From NCBI GenBank assembly GCA_049423385.1, contig JBMSQQ010000026.1, positions 1 through 37,454 on the forward strand: a DNA stretch of 37,454 nucleotides, written 5' to 3'. Position 1 is the first letter of the stretch, and each line of letters begins with the position of its first letter. The stretch is from Silvanigrellaceae bacterium (lineage in GTDB: Bacteria; Bdellovibrionota_B; Oligoflexia; Silvanigrellales; Silvanigrellaceae). Below, piece by piece: positions 1 to 9,431 of this stretch. The notes under the pieces are model-generated. The model had not been told where the DNA came from. It made no database searches and worked only from the letters and a program-made list of their open reading frames with translations. A program made the translations under genes and the position numbers.

Positions 1-87
1 GCCCTCAATCTTTTGACACTGCCAAATCCTTTTTCAATTTTGCCTCAATTTTGAACCGTCAAGATCAATGATGACGTCGGGTTCGGT

Positions 88-104
88 TTGGACTGAATTT
101 TGCT
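88..104 (+). promoter_or_regulatory. Possible sigma-54 (-24/-12) promoter
   Basis: TTGGACTGAATTTTGCT has GG-N10-GC spacing with TTGC at -12, 26 nt upstream of ATG 131. The -24 box deviates from TGGCAC. Confidence 0.3.
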
Positions 105-130
105 TTTGAAACAAGCAGTGGAGGGCCGCC

Positions 131-979
131 ATGAATTTAAAAAAACGGAGCGCCTCAGACAACCTTTGCATCCCTGTTGTCGCAACTGCACTTGCCTTCA
201 TGGCCTGCGTTCCCAGAAAAGCGTTGAATCCAAAGGAATCTCCCGGTCTCTCTGAACAGCAATCCACCACAGCACGCAGTGCAGAAAACACAGGTATTCT
301 CAATGTGGCAGTCCTCGGCGATTCACAGTCAACAGGCGGCTACGGACAACGGCTTGCAGACCTGATCCGGAACAACTCTGTCCAGCGCCTCGTTTATTTT
401 GGTGCTGCGAGTTCGGCCCGAATTGGAAGTTGGGTCGATGGTGGATTCACACCTATTCCATACAGCGCATATTTTGGTTGTGACTCGGGGGCCGTCGCGC
501 GCAGCTGTGCACCACAAATGCAGCCTGGCCGACAAACCCAATCCATCGCAACCATTGTGCGGCAACATTCATTTGTGGATCTTTACGTGTTGACATTCGG
601 CGACAATCACTTTTATGACCCTTCATCGGCACGTCGTGACATTCCCCGACTTGTGACACCCATCCTAAAATCCGGTGCCAAATGCGCTTTCGTCACGCCG
701 ACAGAAGGCGTCGGCAAATTCGCAAACAAGCTCGAGCTGATTCGTCAAATCAAACTGGGCCTTGAAGATGTTAAAAATGCCAATGGTTCGACCTGCGCGC
801 TTGTCGACAGCTACACTGTGGGTGGCGATGTTTTGAAGACCGATTCCGACCTTCAGTTGATGCGCAATGCCTCAGCCCAGGATCCGATGGGCCTGCACCC
901 GCAAGGCTCGGGTGCGCGGCTGTGGGGAGAGCGGGTTTTCGAGGCATTGCTGAAACTGCGTCTGCTTGATCGTTTGTGA
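131..979 (+). CDS. SGNH/GDSL-family hydrolase, lipoprotein
   Basis: Block I VAVLGDSQS, block III TFGDN, C-terminal DPMGLHP. Lipobox FMAC. GGAGG RBS. Confidence 0.8.
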   Translation: MNLKKRSASDNLCIPVVATALAFMACVPRKALNPKESPGLSEQQSTTARSAENTGILNVAVLGDSQSTGGYGQRLADLIRNNSVQRLVYFGAASSARIGSWVDGGFTPIPYSAYFGCDSGAVARSCAPQMQPGRQTQSIATIVRQHSFVDLYVLTFGDNHFYDPSSARRDIPRLVTPILKSGAKCAFVTPTEGVGKFANKLELIRQIKLGLEDVKNANGSTCALVDSYTVGGDVLKTDSDLQLMRNASAQDPMGLHPQGSGARLWGERVFEALLKLRLLDRL

Positions 980-980
980 T

Positions 981-1607
981 TCAGCGCAGGTCGTCGGTCC
1001 TCTTGGTTTCCGCGCCTGCAGTCGACATACCCAGCTCGGACCAACCTGCACTTAATTTCTTGAGTTGTTCCGCAGTTGCGCCGCTGATATACATGCTGCT
1101 CCTGAAATAAACCTTGTCGCTTGATTTGCTCAGCGACTGGGAACCAGTCTGTGGCGTTGGGCAAGCAGTTTTCAAGCTCACATCAGCTGCAACCACCATA
1201 TTTTTCAATTCGCAATCCGCAGTTCGGTCTTCGATTAAAAATGCTTTTTCACGGTCATCGGAGTTTGCCCAATATTCCGAGCAAATCTTGACGCCACCTT
1301 TCTGCGACAATTCCGCAAGAACAATTGCGGCGTTCATTCCGGCTTCAGATTGCGCAGTTATGGGATTGTTGGTCGTTGGTATCTTGATTGTCTTGGCGCA
1401 ACTAACAACAAAACTATGTCCCGTCGGTATCGAAACCAGATCAGCAGGAGCCGAAGCAGCAGGCTGACTCGAGCTGCCAGTACTGCTGGTGCCAACTTGA
1501 GTGCTTCCGGACGGCTTTGGTGTTCCAGTATTGTTTGACGTCTCACTACACGCAACGAATATGCTGACACCGATTCCAAGAAAGCAAAATGTCGACACAT
1601 TTTTCAT
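981..1607 (-). CDS. Hypothetical lipoprotein
   Basis: Start set at ATG 1607 (GGAGG upstream). Signal peptide MKNVSTF...IFVAC, Ser/Thr/Pro linker, four further Cys. Confidence 0.75.
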   Translation of the reverse strand: MKNVSTFCFLGIGVSIFVACSETSNNTGTPKPSGSTQVGTSSTGSSSQPAASAPADLVSIPTGHSFVVSCAKTIKIPTTNNPITAQSEAGMNAAIVLAELSQKGGVKICSEYWANSDDREKAFLIEDRTADCELKNMVVAADVSLKTACPTPQTGSQSLSKSSDKVYFRSSMYISGATAEQLKKLSAGWSELGMSTAGAETKRTDDLR

Positions 1608-1636
1608 CTCTCGCCCTCCAATTAACAACCCAGGGC

Positions 1637-1664
1637 TCCTCGGAATATTTGCTCCCGTTGTTTA
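1637..1664 (-). promoter_or_regulatory. Sigma-28 (FliA)-type promoter
   Basis: TAAA-N16-TCCGAGGA, about 30 nt upstream of ATG 1607. Confidence 0.5.
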
Positions 1665-1735
1665 ATTTTTCTCTAAAAATCGAGTTTTTATGACCCGTTA
1701 TGCACCATACAGCCCCCAAAAACGGCCCCTCTTTT

Positions 1736-1762
1736 TCACATTCTGTGTTTTTATACCGATGA
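1736..1762 (+). promoter_or_regulatory. Sigma-28 (FliA)-type promoter
   Basis: TCAC-N15-ACCGATGA, about 30 nt upstream of ATG 1793. Confidence 0.45.
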
Positions 1763-1792
1763 GACGACCGATTCGTTTGGAAGGGGAGCGAA

Positions 1793-2479
1793 ATGTCATT
1801 TTCTACGCGCAAACAATTCAACCTCGACGGTGAATCATCAGGTGATGGCGAATCACAACGTAAATCTGACGACAGTCTTTTTTCACAGCACCAAAAAATC
1901 GCTCTCAAACAAAAGTTCGAACTTGGAGAACTACTGGGTTTCGAGACTCGCAACAAATACATGATTTCAACAGTCGATGGCGATATGCTCGGGTTTGCAG
2001 CCGAGCAAGGAAAAGGTGTCTGGGGATTTTTGGGTCGAACTTTTTTGGGTCATTGGCGAAAATACGAAATTGTCTTTTACGACAACCAACGCCAACCGTT
2101 CATGTCTGCCATGCATCCCTTCCGATGGTACTTTCATGAATTCGAGATCTTGAACCGCAACGGTCAGCTTGTGGGTCGAATTGTCAGAAGATTTGCATTG
2201 CTCAGCAAGAGATTCGATGTGCTGGACCCCAAAGGCAATGTTGTCTACCAAATTTCCTCGCCCATCTGGAAGATCTGGACATTCCCTTTTATGCACAAAG
2301 GACGCCCGGTCGCGCATGTGCGAAAACGCTGGTCGGGTGTGTTGAGCGAATGGCTCACCGACAGAGACAATTTTCTGGTTGAATTCGATGCTCAAACCTT
2401 GTCCGAAGTGGCGCGGAGGATGATCGTTGCCTCTGCAGTATTCATCGACATCATGTTTTTCGAAAGAAAAGCGGATTGA
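1793..2479 (+). CDS. Phospholipid scramblase / LURP-one-like (tubby C-terminal fold) protein
   Basis: ETRNKY motif, repeated beta-strand units (VGRIVRR, VAHVRKRWSG), DNFLVEF, and terminal helix AVFIDIMFFE. Confidence 0.8.
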   Translation: MSFSTRKQFNLDGESSGDGESQRKSDDSLFSQHQKIALKQKFELGELLGFETRNKYMISTVDGDMLGFAAEQGKGVWGFLGRTFLGHWRKYEIVFYDNQRQPFMSAMHPFRWYFHEFEILNRNGQLVGRIVRRFALLSKRFDVLDPKGNVVYQISSPIWKIWTFPFMHKGRPVAHVRKRWSGVLSEWLTDRDNFLVEFDAQTLSEVARRMIVASAVFIDIMFFERKAD

Positions 2480-2502
2480 GCATCAATCCAAACGGAAATG
2501 AA

Positions 2503-4815
2503 TTATTCAGTCTCGATAGATGCCCGCGCTTGACCAATCAATCGTTCAAGTGCCGTGTATCGTTTGAGTGCAATTTGGGTGGCCACAGCTTTTTTCATTG
2601 CCCATTCTTCACCAATCACGAAGGCATGTTTGCTTGCGCGGGTGATGGCCGTGTATAACAGGTTTCTGTCCAGCATTGAATAATAGGCGCTGAACATCGG
2701 AATGATCACCAGCGGAAATTCCGAGCCCTGCGATTTGTGCACTGTCATGGCATAACACAAGCTTAAATCGTCGACATCTTCGTCTTCGAGGCGGACAATG
2801 CGATCATCAAAAGCGACGTCCATTTCCACCTTTTTCTGCACAACCCGAATCGCCCTGATGAATCCCAGGTCACCGTTGAACACATCCTTGTCGTAGTTGT
2901 TTCTTGTCTGGATGACCTTGTCACCAACCCTGAAAAGCGAAGTTTCATCGACCAGCGTTTCGTCTTTGTCGGGATGAGGAGGATTCAATTCAGCCTGCAG
3001 CAATTTGTTGATTTTCTCCTGTCCGGCATCACCCCGACGCATGGGAACAAGAATCTGTATATCCCGGACCGGATCAAGTCCGTACATTTGCGGAATTGTC
3101 TCTCTCACCAACGGCAACAGAATTTCGGAAAACGTTTGCAGACTGCAAGGCAACAAAACCAGCGACTGCGCCGATGGCAAATGCGGCGTGCGGCTCACCA
3201 AAGAAAAATCGGGTTTGCGTCCTTCAATTATGGCACGCGCAGCTGTCGGAATCGGACTTTCGCTCGACTGGCGGAAAATTTTGGTCAACCTGGCCACAGG
3301 CACTTCACCTGATGCAATGACGTCGCGCAGGCAATTGCCGGCACCTACACTGGGAAGCTGGTCAACGTCGCCCACCAGAATCAAACGCGTTTGTGGCGGC
3401 ATGGCCTCGAGCAGGGTGTTGAACAAGTCGAGACTGAGCATCGACGCTTCGTCAACGATGACAACATCCACGTCCTTCAACGCGCCTTCGCCCCCTTCGG
3501 AGGAACCAGAGTCGTCGGTCTGACCAATGCGCAGGGTTTTGTGCAGTGTATAAGCTTGAGCTTCAATTGAAGCGGTCATGCGTTTCGCGGCCAATCCAGT
3601 TGGCGCACACAAAACCACGCTGCGCTTCAATGCCTTCTGGATGCGATAGATCGCTTTCAACACGAACGTTTTGCCACAGCCGGGTCCACCGGTGAGCACC
3701 ATGAAACGCGAACCAATCGACAATTCAACCGCCGCGGCTTGCTCGTCCGAAAGTTTGCTCCACGGGATGTCCGGAACAAGCTCCTCCAGAGTCACTTCGC
3801 CAGCCCGAAACTTGGCTTCGAACGGATCATTGCCGATGCCGGATTTGAACAAAAGCCGCGCGCATTCGCCTGCGGTGGAATTTTCAAGGCTGAACACTTC
3901 GGGCAAATAAAACAGCGGTTGCTGAGTTTTATCGTCGCCTGCCGATGCTTCGGGAAGGCGCAGAATAAATGACTGAACGCCTTTTTCTCGATTTTCCTTG
4001 TAAATGGAACGCAACTCAGAAAGAAGCATTTCAAAGGTGAAGCGGGCATCACGCTTTGCACCCAGCACCTCACGCGCTCCTTCAATCAGAACATCGCGCG
4101 GCAAACAACAATGACCATCGTCATGGGCCCGCTCGAGTGTGTAAACAAAAGCAGCTTCCAGACGGAATCGCGACAGCGGATCAATTCCCAGCTTGAGTGC
4201 AATGGCATCCGCACGCAGAAAACCAACATTGCGGAAATCGGAAATCAATCGGTAAGGATTTTCCTTGAGAAGATGAATCGCATCGGAACCATAACGCTCG
4301 TAAATCCGGTTTGCGAAATTGGGCGGAATGTTGTGCTCGTGAAGAAAGACCATGATTCCGCGATAGACCTCATCGCCCGTGATGAGCGAGATGACTTGCT
4401 CGGCCTTGTCGCGCTTGCTTTTGAAAAAGCCAAAAACCTTCTCTTTTTGGCTTTTGCAGACTTCAACCAGCTCATCGATGGTGCGAACGTCGATCGCCTC
4501 GAGAAATTTCTTCGCCGTGACCTCGCCAACGCCTCTGATGTTGTTGACCAGAAAGGGAATCACCCCAGTGAGGGTCGGTGGGCGCATGGGTTCGCTGTAG
4601 ATGACCTGAAAGGTTTCCCCATATTTTGCAGAGCTCGCCCAATCCCCGAACAGCTTGTACTGCTGCTGCGAATCGAACTTTCCGACACTCAGGGACTTGC
4701 CACTCGCCCGAAACCGCTTGGCCGACTTGGAATCGACAAACTCAGCAACGACGAAGGCGCCATCTTGAGAGGCAAAAATCACCTTTGATAACAGTGCGGT
4801 CAGCTCGATGGACAC
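2503..4815 (-). CDS. recD2: ATP-dependent RecD-like DNA helicase (RecD2)
   Basis: HhH region GVGEVTAKK, ENPYRL, Walker A TGGPGCGKT, VDEASM, VGDVDQLPSVGAG, IFRQ, YAMTVHKSQGSEF, LLYTAITRA. Start moved to GTG 4815 because the longer ORF runs into the tRNA. Confidence 0.95.
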   Translation of the reverse strand: MSIELTALLSKVIFASQDGAFVVAEFVDSKSAKRFRASGKSLSVGKFDSQQQYKLFGDWASSAKYGETFQVIYSEPMRPPTLTGVIPFLVNNIRGVGEVTAKKFLEAIDVRTIDELVEVCKSQKEKVFGFFKSKRDKAEQVISLITGDEVYRGIMVFLHEHNIPPNFANRIYERYGSDAIHLLKENPYRLISDFRNVGFLRADAIALKLGIDPLSRFRLEAAFVYTLERAHDDGHCCLPRDVLIEGAREVLGAKRDARFTFEMLLSELRSIYKENREKGVQSFILRLPEASAGDDKTQQPLFYLPEVFSLENSTAGECARLLFKSGIGNDPFEAKFRAGEVTLEELVPDIPWSKLSDEQAAAVELSIGSRFMVLTGGPGCGKTFVLKAIYRIQKALKRSVVLCAPTGLAAKRMTASIEAQAYTLHKTLRIGQTDDSGSSEGGEGALKDVDVVIVDEASMLSLDLFNTLLEAMPPQTRLILVGDVDQLPSVGAGNCLRDVIASGEVPVARLTKIFRQSSESPIPTAARAIIEGRKPDFSLVSRTPHLPSAQSLVLLPCSLQTFSEILLPLVRETIPQMYGLDPVRDIQILVPMRRGDAGQEKINKLLQAELNPPHPDKDETLVDETSLFRVGDKVIQTRNNYDKDVFNGDLGFIRAIRVVQKKVEMDVAFDDRIVRLEDEDVDDLSLCYAMTVHKSQGSEFPLVIIPMFSAYYSMLDRNLLYTAITRASKHAFVIGEEWAMKKAVATQIALKRYTALERLIGQARASIETE

Positions 4816-4882
4816 AAAGAACCCCTTTTTCTGAGGGGGAGCTTGCACTCGATCTGAAACTATGGCAACTAGGTGGGCGCGT

Positions 4883-4957
4883 CGGGGCTTAGCGCAGTGG
4901 TAGCGCATCTGTTTTGGGAGCAGAGGGTCGTGAGTTCGAATCCCACAGCCCCGACCA
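4883..4957 (+). tRNA. tRNA-Pro (anticodon UGG)
   Basis: Acceptor stem CGGGGCT/AGCCCCG plus ACCA (C1-G72, A73 Pro identity). D-arm GCGC-AGTGGTA-GCGC. Anticodon arm TCTGT-TTTGGGA-GCAGA. T-loop GTTCGAATC. CCA is encoded. Confidence 0.96.
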
Positions 4958-4988
4958 TTTTCCCCCTGAATTTGAGGCCTTTCTGGCC

Positions 4989-6179
4989 ATGCTGAGAATG
5001 GAACCGCCGCTCGAATTGGACGTCTCCGTCAAGGCTCTTCTAAAGACTGCCTTTTTCCCTGACAACACCTCAACAAAATCAGCAAGTTTTAGTGTTGTTG
5101 GAGAAAATCATCCAGCGGATGTTTTTTTCTGTGTCAGAACAGCCTGGGACGCATTTCTTTCTGCCCAAAAATTTCCGGCAGGCAGTGAAATTCTCATGTC
5201 GGGAATCAATATCCCTCACATGAAGGAAATCGTCGAAGCACATGGGTTGACTGCCAGAACTTTGGACATTTGTCCGAACACTTTGCTGCCGGGTCTTGAT
5301 GATTTCAAAAATGGCTACACTTCGCGCACAGTGGGGGTCCTCTGTGCCCATCTGTTCGGTACCTGGAGCGCACTCACGGAACTCGCAACATGGTGTCGGA
5401 GCAAAAACATATTCCTCGTTGAAGATTGTGCACAATCCTTCATGGGCCAGGATTTCACCGGAACAAAAACTGCAACTGCAACGTTCTTCAGTTTTGGAAC
5501 AATCAAGCGCTCGACGTGTCTTGGGGGTGCGGTGGCGCTTGTGCGCGAACCCGAACTCAGAACAAAAATACTGAGCATTGAATCAAGTTATCCACGGCAA
5601 AAGCATTCGCAGGTCAAAAAAAAAGCACGCAAAACCCTCCTGCTGAAAACACTCACACTGCCACGTGTGTACGGAGTTTTCGTGCGGACTCTCAGGCACC
5701 TGCACATAGACCACGAAGAGTTCATCAGAAATTCGGTCCGTGGATTTCCATCGGCGCAGGTGCCGTTTGTATTCCGGATGCGTCCATCCCATGAACTGTC
5801 AAAGCTTGTGCAAAAGACTTGGCAAAAGTCGTCATCGTTCATGTGGACTGAAAGGATGACAAGAATCATGGAAGCAGCAGCATCGGCAGGAATTCCCAGG
5901 GATAGAATTCCAGGGAATGATGCTCACTTTCATACTTTTTGGCTGCTGCCTGTTCTCTGTGGAAACCCAAAAGGGGTCGTTGAAACACTTCGAAATGAAG
6001 GTCTCGACGCCACACGCGGCCTGTCGAGCATGAAGGATCTTTCAGACAATCCTGATTCGGCCTCTGCAAAAATTCTTGCAAACCTTGTTTTCTTGCCTGT
6101 ATCCCAACGCAAGATTTTCCCGTTCACAAAAGCACGCGCGGCACTGGAAATTGAATCCACTTCGGCCTCGCATCTGTGA
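4989..6179 (+). CDS. PLP-dependent DegT/DnrJ/EryC1/StrS-family aminotransferase-like protein
   Basis: AHLFG, LVEDCAQS and FFSFGTIK (PLP lysine). Start moved to ATG 4989, downstream of the tRNA. Confidence 0.85.
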   Translation: MLRMEPPLELDVSVKALLKTAFFPDNTSTKSASFSVVGENHPADVFFCVRTAWDAFLSAQKFPAGSEILMSGINIPHMKEIVEAHGLTARTLDICPNTLLPGLDDFKNGYTSRTVGVLCAHLFGTWSALTELATWCRSKNIFLVEDCAQSFMGQDFTGTKTATATFFSFGTIKRSTCLGGAVALVREPELRTKILSIESSYPRQKHSQVKKKARKTLLLKTLTLPRVYGVFVRTLRHLHIDHEEFIRNSVRGFPSAQVPFVFRMRPSHELSKLVQKTWQKSSSFMWTERMTRIMEAAASAGIPRDRIPGNDAHFHTFWLLPVLCGNPKGVVETLRNEGLDATRGLSSMKDLSDNPDSASAKILANLVFLPVSQRKIFPFTKARAALEIESTSASHL

Positions 6180-6201
6180 ACTCTTTTCAATAAAGTTCTT
6201 C

Positions 6202-7026
6202 TCAGCGCAGGCCAATTGCGACTTCGAAATCGGCAACCGAGGTCACACTTTTTACAAGTGAATCAGACGAATTCTTCATTGCCCCCATGTATGACCAATA
6301 CATGGCATCCCATTCAACGCCGCACTGCTTTTGTTGTCCATACGCACGGCGACCATTGCGCACATGCTGGGCCACCGACCACTTCACACCGGGAACCGTG
6401 CAAGGATTCGCACCACCTGCCAGGTATGTACAGTTGTTGTCGCTCCCGTTGGTCCACCACCACAACGTCGAGGTCCAATCGGGTCCACCTTTCATTCCCC
6501 AAATCCCGACGCCCTTCCCGTTGGCATCTTGCGCCCAACTGTACCAATCCCCATAAACCAACACCTGGAACACGCCTGTGCAGACTGCGCTTCCACAATA
6601 TCCAGCTCTGTAGACGTCCGAGCCGCGCCATTTTCGCCGCCCAATTTCCGCCCACGGGAAACCTCCCAGCGAGGTCTGATAGGTTTCGTAGTCGGCGATG
6701 GTCGCAAAAAATGCCAATGGATGAACATTGCTCGATACCATATTGCGCAACATCGTCGTCACTTTTTTTGAATAAGACTCAGCTGAGGCGGTGCCCTGGA
6801 GTCCTGCGCCTGAATATTGTTTTTCACGTTCAACGATTCGCTTCAATATTGGAATCGAGACACGTGCAAAGTCTGGCATCGAGGCAGTTCGGCGCAGATC
6901 CTGTCCAGAGCCCGACGACGGACAGCCTGTCGTTTCAACCTGAGAATCCATCACCGGAGATTTTGGCTTGCAGCCCACAAACATAAAAGAAAACGTCGCG
7001 GCCGCGACAGTGAATCTTGCAATCAT
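6202..7026 (-). CDS. Hypothetical lipoprotein, Trp/Gly/Cys-rich, possibly lysozyme-like fold
   Basis: Lipobox FVGC and RBS AGGGGAG. A helix ends in YET and is followed by TGVFQV. Confidence 0.7.
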   Translation of the reverse strand: MIARFTVAAATFSFMFVGCKPKSPVMDSQVETTGCPSSGSGQDLRRTASMPDFARVSIPILKRIVEREKQYSGAGLQGTASAESYSKKVTTMLRNMVSSNVHPLAFFATIADYETYQTSLGGFPWAEIGRRKWRGSDVYRAGYCGSAVCTGVFQVLVYGDWYSWAQDANGKGVGIWGMKGGPDWTSTLWWWTNGSDNNCTYLAGGANPCTVPGVKWSVAQHVRNGRRAYGQQKQCGVEWDAMYWSYMGAMKNSSDSLVKSVTSVADFEVAIGLR

Positions 7027-7055
7027 GAGACTCCCCTAACGAATACACAAAAGGG

Positions 7056-7083
7056 TTATCGGCGCCTACAGGGAGAGACCTCA
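7056..7083 (-). promoter_or_regulatory. Sigma-28 (FliA)-type promoter
   Basis: Perfect -10 GCCGATAA, weaker -35 TGAG (N16), about 30 nt upstream of ATG 7026. Confidence 0.5.
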
Positions 7084-7174
7084 GCGAAGCCTTGACGCTA
7101 TTTTTTTAATTCATTAATTATAGATAGTTACCGTTTAAACCACTTCAGAAAGAGGACACAGTGTCAAGGAGGTC

Positions 7175-7828
7175 ATGACAATGAGCGGCGTGGACAAAAC
7201 TGAATCAACGACAGACAAAAATGACTCCTGGGAAGTTTATTTTGGCCTGGCGTTGTCGGTGTTCGCAGCGATTCTTGCAATCAATGAACTGGGTGGAAGC
7301 AAGTTTGGCGATGATGAAATCCAACTTGGAAACGAAAAGACCAAAGCCTACATGTGGTACCAAAGCAAAAGCATCAAGGAAAGCCTCGCAAAGGGACAAG
7401 TGGAATTGCTCGACGTGCTGGGCCAATCAGGTGCCATCGTAGCTGAAAAGGCCGCAGCCATGAGCACGCTCAAGGAGCAAATCAAGCTGGATGTCGCACG
7501 CTACAAGAAAGAAAAGGACGAAATTCTTCGGGGCTCGAAAGCAGTTGGTCCAGAAAACCATGTCCAGGACGTCGACGGAAAAATGGGTGTCGTTGTTGGA
7601 GCCAAAGAGATCGAAGATCAACAAGCCGGCTTGAGTGCAGCCGGTGACAACTTCGACATTGCAACCTTGTTTTTACAAATCAGCTTGGTTTTGGGCGCGA
7701 TTGGCCTCATCACGAAAACAAAAAACGTGAGGCTCTACTTCTTTGCCGGATTGGTGACACTCGGCATCGCCGGTTCGGTGTTTTGCCTTCTGGCCTTCAG
7801 GTCTGCTTTCGCCGCAACTGGTGGTTGA
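7175..7828 (+). CDS. DUF4337-family membrane protein
   Basis: N-terminal TM helix, WYQSKSIK motif, coiled coil, C-terminal LQISLVLGAIGL plus TM helix. AAGGAGG RBS. Confidence 0.8.
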   Translation: MTMSGVDKTESTTDKNDSWEVYFGLALSVFAAILAINELGGSKFGDDEIQLGNEKTKAYMWYQSKSIKESLAKGQVELLDVLGQSGAIVAEKAAAMSTLKEQIKLDVARYKKEKDEILRGSKAVGPENHVQDVDGKMGVVVGAKEIEDQQAGLSAAGDNFDIATLFLQISLVLGAIGLITKTKNVRLYFFAGLVTLGIAGSVFCLLAFRSAFAATGG

Positions 7829-8585
7829 AGGCAAGCATTGCCAGTCCAACGCCCACACCCAATCCTGCCCACGAGCCTTCCAAAAGTTCAAAGGTCATCG
7901 ACTCGGCGATTCTGCTGTCGTTAATCTTCAATTCGACTGCATATCGAATGACGTTCCAACCAGCATGAAATCCCCAGGCTCCGAGGATATGTCCCTGATG
8001 CAGATAAAATGCCGAACCGGAATATCCGAAGAAAAACAGGCTCAACAGCGGAGTGAACGAGAGCGACACGCCCTCACTCAATCGATAGTTTAAAAAGTGA
8101 GCAACTGAAAACAACAGAGCTGATGAAACACACAACAATATCCGGGATGAAACAAAACGCGTCAAAAGATGGTTCATCAAATAGACTCGAAACAACACCT
8201 CTTCGACCAGAGATTGCAAAAATACGGTGGCAAAGACCAAAAACAAGGATGGGCCAATCTTGATGCTCAGGTCAGCTGAGGATCTCAACAATCCGATAAA
8301 AACTCCAGACGCCAAAAATGCAGAGACCAAAAAAGCCAAAGCAAACCAAAATGCATTCCGCTTCGCATCACCGATTCCCATGACTGAAGACCAACTTCGA
8401 CCGTTTGCGAGAAATGATGACAGGACAAGAACAATGACCGAGGCAATCGCCGCAGCAAAAGCAGGAATGAAAAAGCCAAATCCAACCGTTGCAAAAGAGA
8501 AAAAATACATCAATGATTTTGACCAACGGCTGCCAACCAGTGATGTCATCAGTGCCTCACAAACTCGAAACCACGAGGTGGACAT
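7797..8585 (-). CDS. CPBP (Abi/CAAX, Rce1-like) intramembrane glutamic endopeptidase
   Basis: EEVLFR, FSVAH and FHAGWN motifs in a multi-TM protein. Start uncertain (8585 or 8549). Confidence 0.85.
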   Translation of the reverse strand: MSTSWFRVCEALMTSLVGSRWSKSLMYFFSFATVGFGFFIPAFAAAIASVIVLVLSSFLANGRSWSSVMGIGDAKRNAFWFALAFLVSAFLASGVFIGLLRSSADLSIKIGPSLFLVFATVFLQSLVEEVLFRVYLMNHLLTRFVSSRILLCVSSALLFSVAHFLNYRLSEGVSLSFTPLLSLFFFGYSGSAFYLHQGHILGAWGFHAGWNVIRYAVELKINDSRIAESMTFELLEGSWAGLGVGVGLAMLAFNHQLRRKQT

Positions 8586-8591
8586 TCTCTC

Positions 8592-9431
8592 ATGAATAGA
8601 AAACGTGTTCCACGAATGGTCATACCATTTTTGATGATTCTGCTTTTTCTCGTTCTGCCCTTGTTTCTGCTGATCGCGAGCCCCAAGCTGTTCAGGTCTT
8701 ATCATTCGGGGGTCGAATCATTTCCGGCACCACGTCGCCTGCTGGTTGTGTTCGCACACACAGACGATGAAGTGACAAATTCCGGCCTCATCCGCCATTG
8801 GGCAAACCAGGGAAGCCAAATTCAGATCCTCACCCTCACCGACGGGGCAGCCAATCCAAATTCAGACCTCACTGCATGCCTTCCAAAGGAAAACATCACT
8901 CAATGTCGATTGCGAGAACTCAGCGATTCAGCCAAAATTCTTGGCATTGGCAAGATCAACGCACCAAAACTTCCCGATTCGCGCTTGATGGAGCATCTGC
9001 CGCAGGCAACGCAAGAGGTTCAATCACTGCTCAACAGCTTTCAACCCGATGCCATTCTCACAATGGAGCCATCGGGCTTGAATGGGCTCGCAGATCATCG
9101 CGCCGCATTCCAATCGGTCGCCCTGGCGCTTCAGGGGAGTCGACAAGATCAACCACGCTTGTATCTTTCAACGCTCCCCCCTCCTTTTTCCTGGGTTTTG
9201 CGCAGTCGGCTCCCGGAAGAACTCGACTCAAGAATAAAAGTCTTTCCAACCGCTGAAGGTCTCGTCGAAATCAAGGTCGAAGATGCCTTTGCACATCGGA
9301 GCCAATCCTCAACCATCAATGGCATCAGTCTTGGCTTGGGACCACGACGATTGTTCTCTTGGATAGATTTTGAAACCTACAGTATTCACCCGGCAAAAGA
9401 GATTGACCAACTGCTGTCGGGATCTCGCTAG
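8592..9431 (+). CDS. PIG-L/LmbE-family deacetylase with N-terminal membrane anchor
   Basis: LLVVFAHTDDE, LTLTDG, RLRELSDSAKILG, ADH, AHRSQ. Confidence 0.85.
   Translation: MNRKRVPRMVIPFLMILLFLVLPLFLLIASPKLFRSYHSGVESFPAPRRLLVVFAHTDDEVTNSGLIRHWANQGSQIQILTLTDGAANPNSDLTACLPKENITQCRLRELSDSAKILGIGKINAPKLPDSRLMEHLPQATQEVQSLLNSFQPDAILTMEPSGLNGLADHRAAFQSVALALQGSRQDQPRLYLSTLPPPFSWVLRSRLPEELDSRIKVFPTAEGLVEIKVEDAFAHRSQSSTINGISLGLGPRRLFSWIDFETYSIHPAKEIDQLLSGSR

Noticed and set aside
13..41. Sigma-70 promoter at TTGACA (13-18)
   Set aside because: No acceptable -10 hexamer at 16-18 nt spacing.
4883..4957. tRNA-targeted genomic island
   Set aside because: No integrase, and I found no duplicated tRNA 3' end elsewhere in the window.
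4816..4988. N-terminal extensions of RecD2 (to 4908) and the DegT-like ORF (from 4914)
   Set aside because: Both overlap the tRNA. Better internal starts exist at 4815 and 4989.
6216..6986. 256-aa plus-strand ORF and other long shadow ORFs (4111-4788, 23977-24648, 25166-25951, 26058-26921, 36727-37038)
   Set aside because: They are antisense to well-supported genes and show atypical composition with no recognisable motifs.
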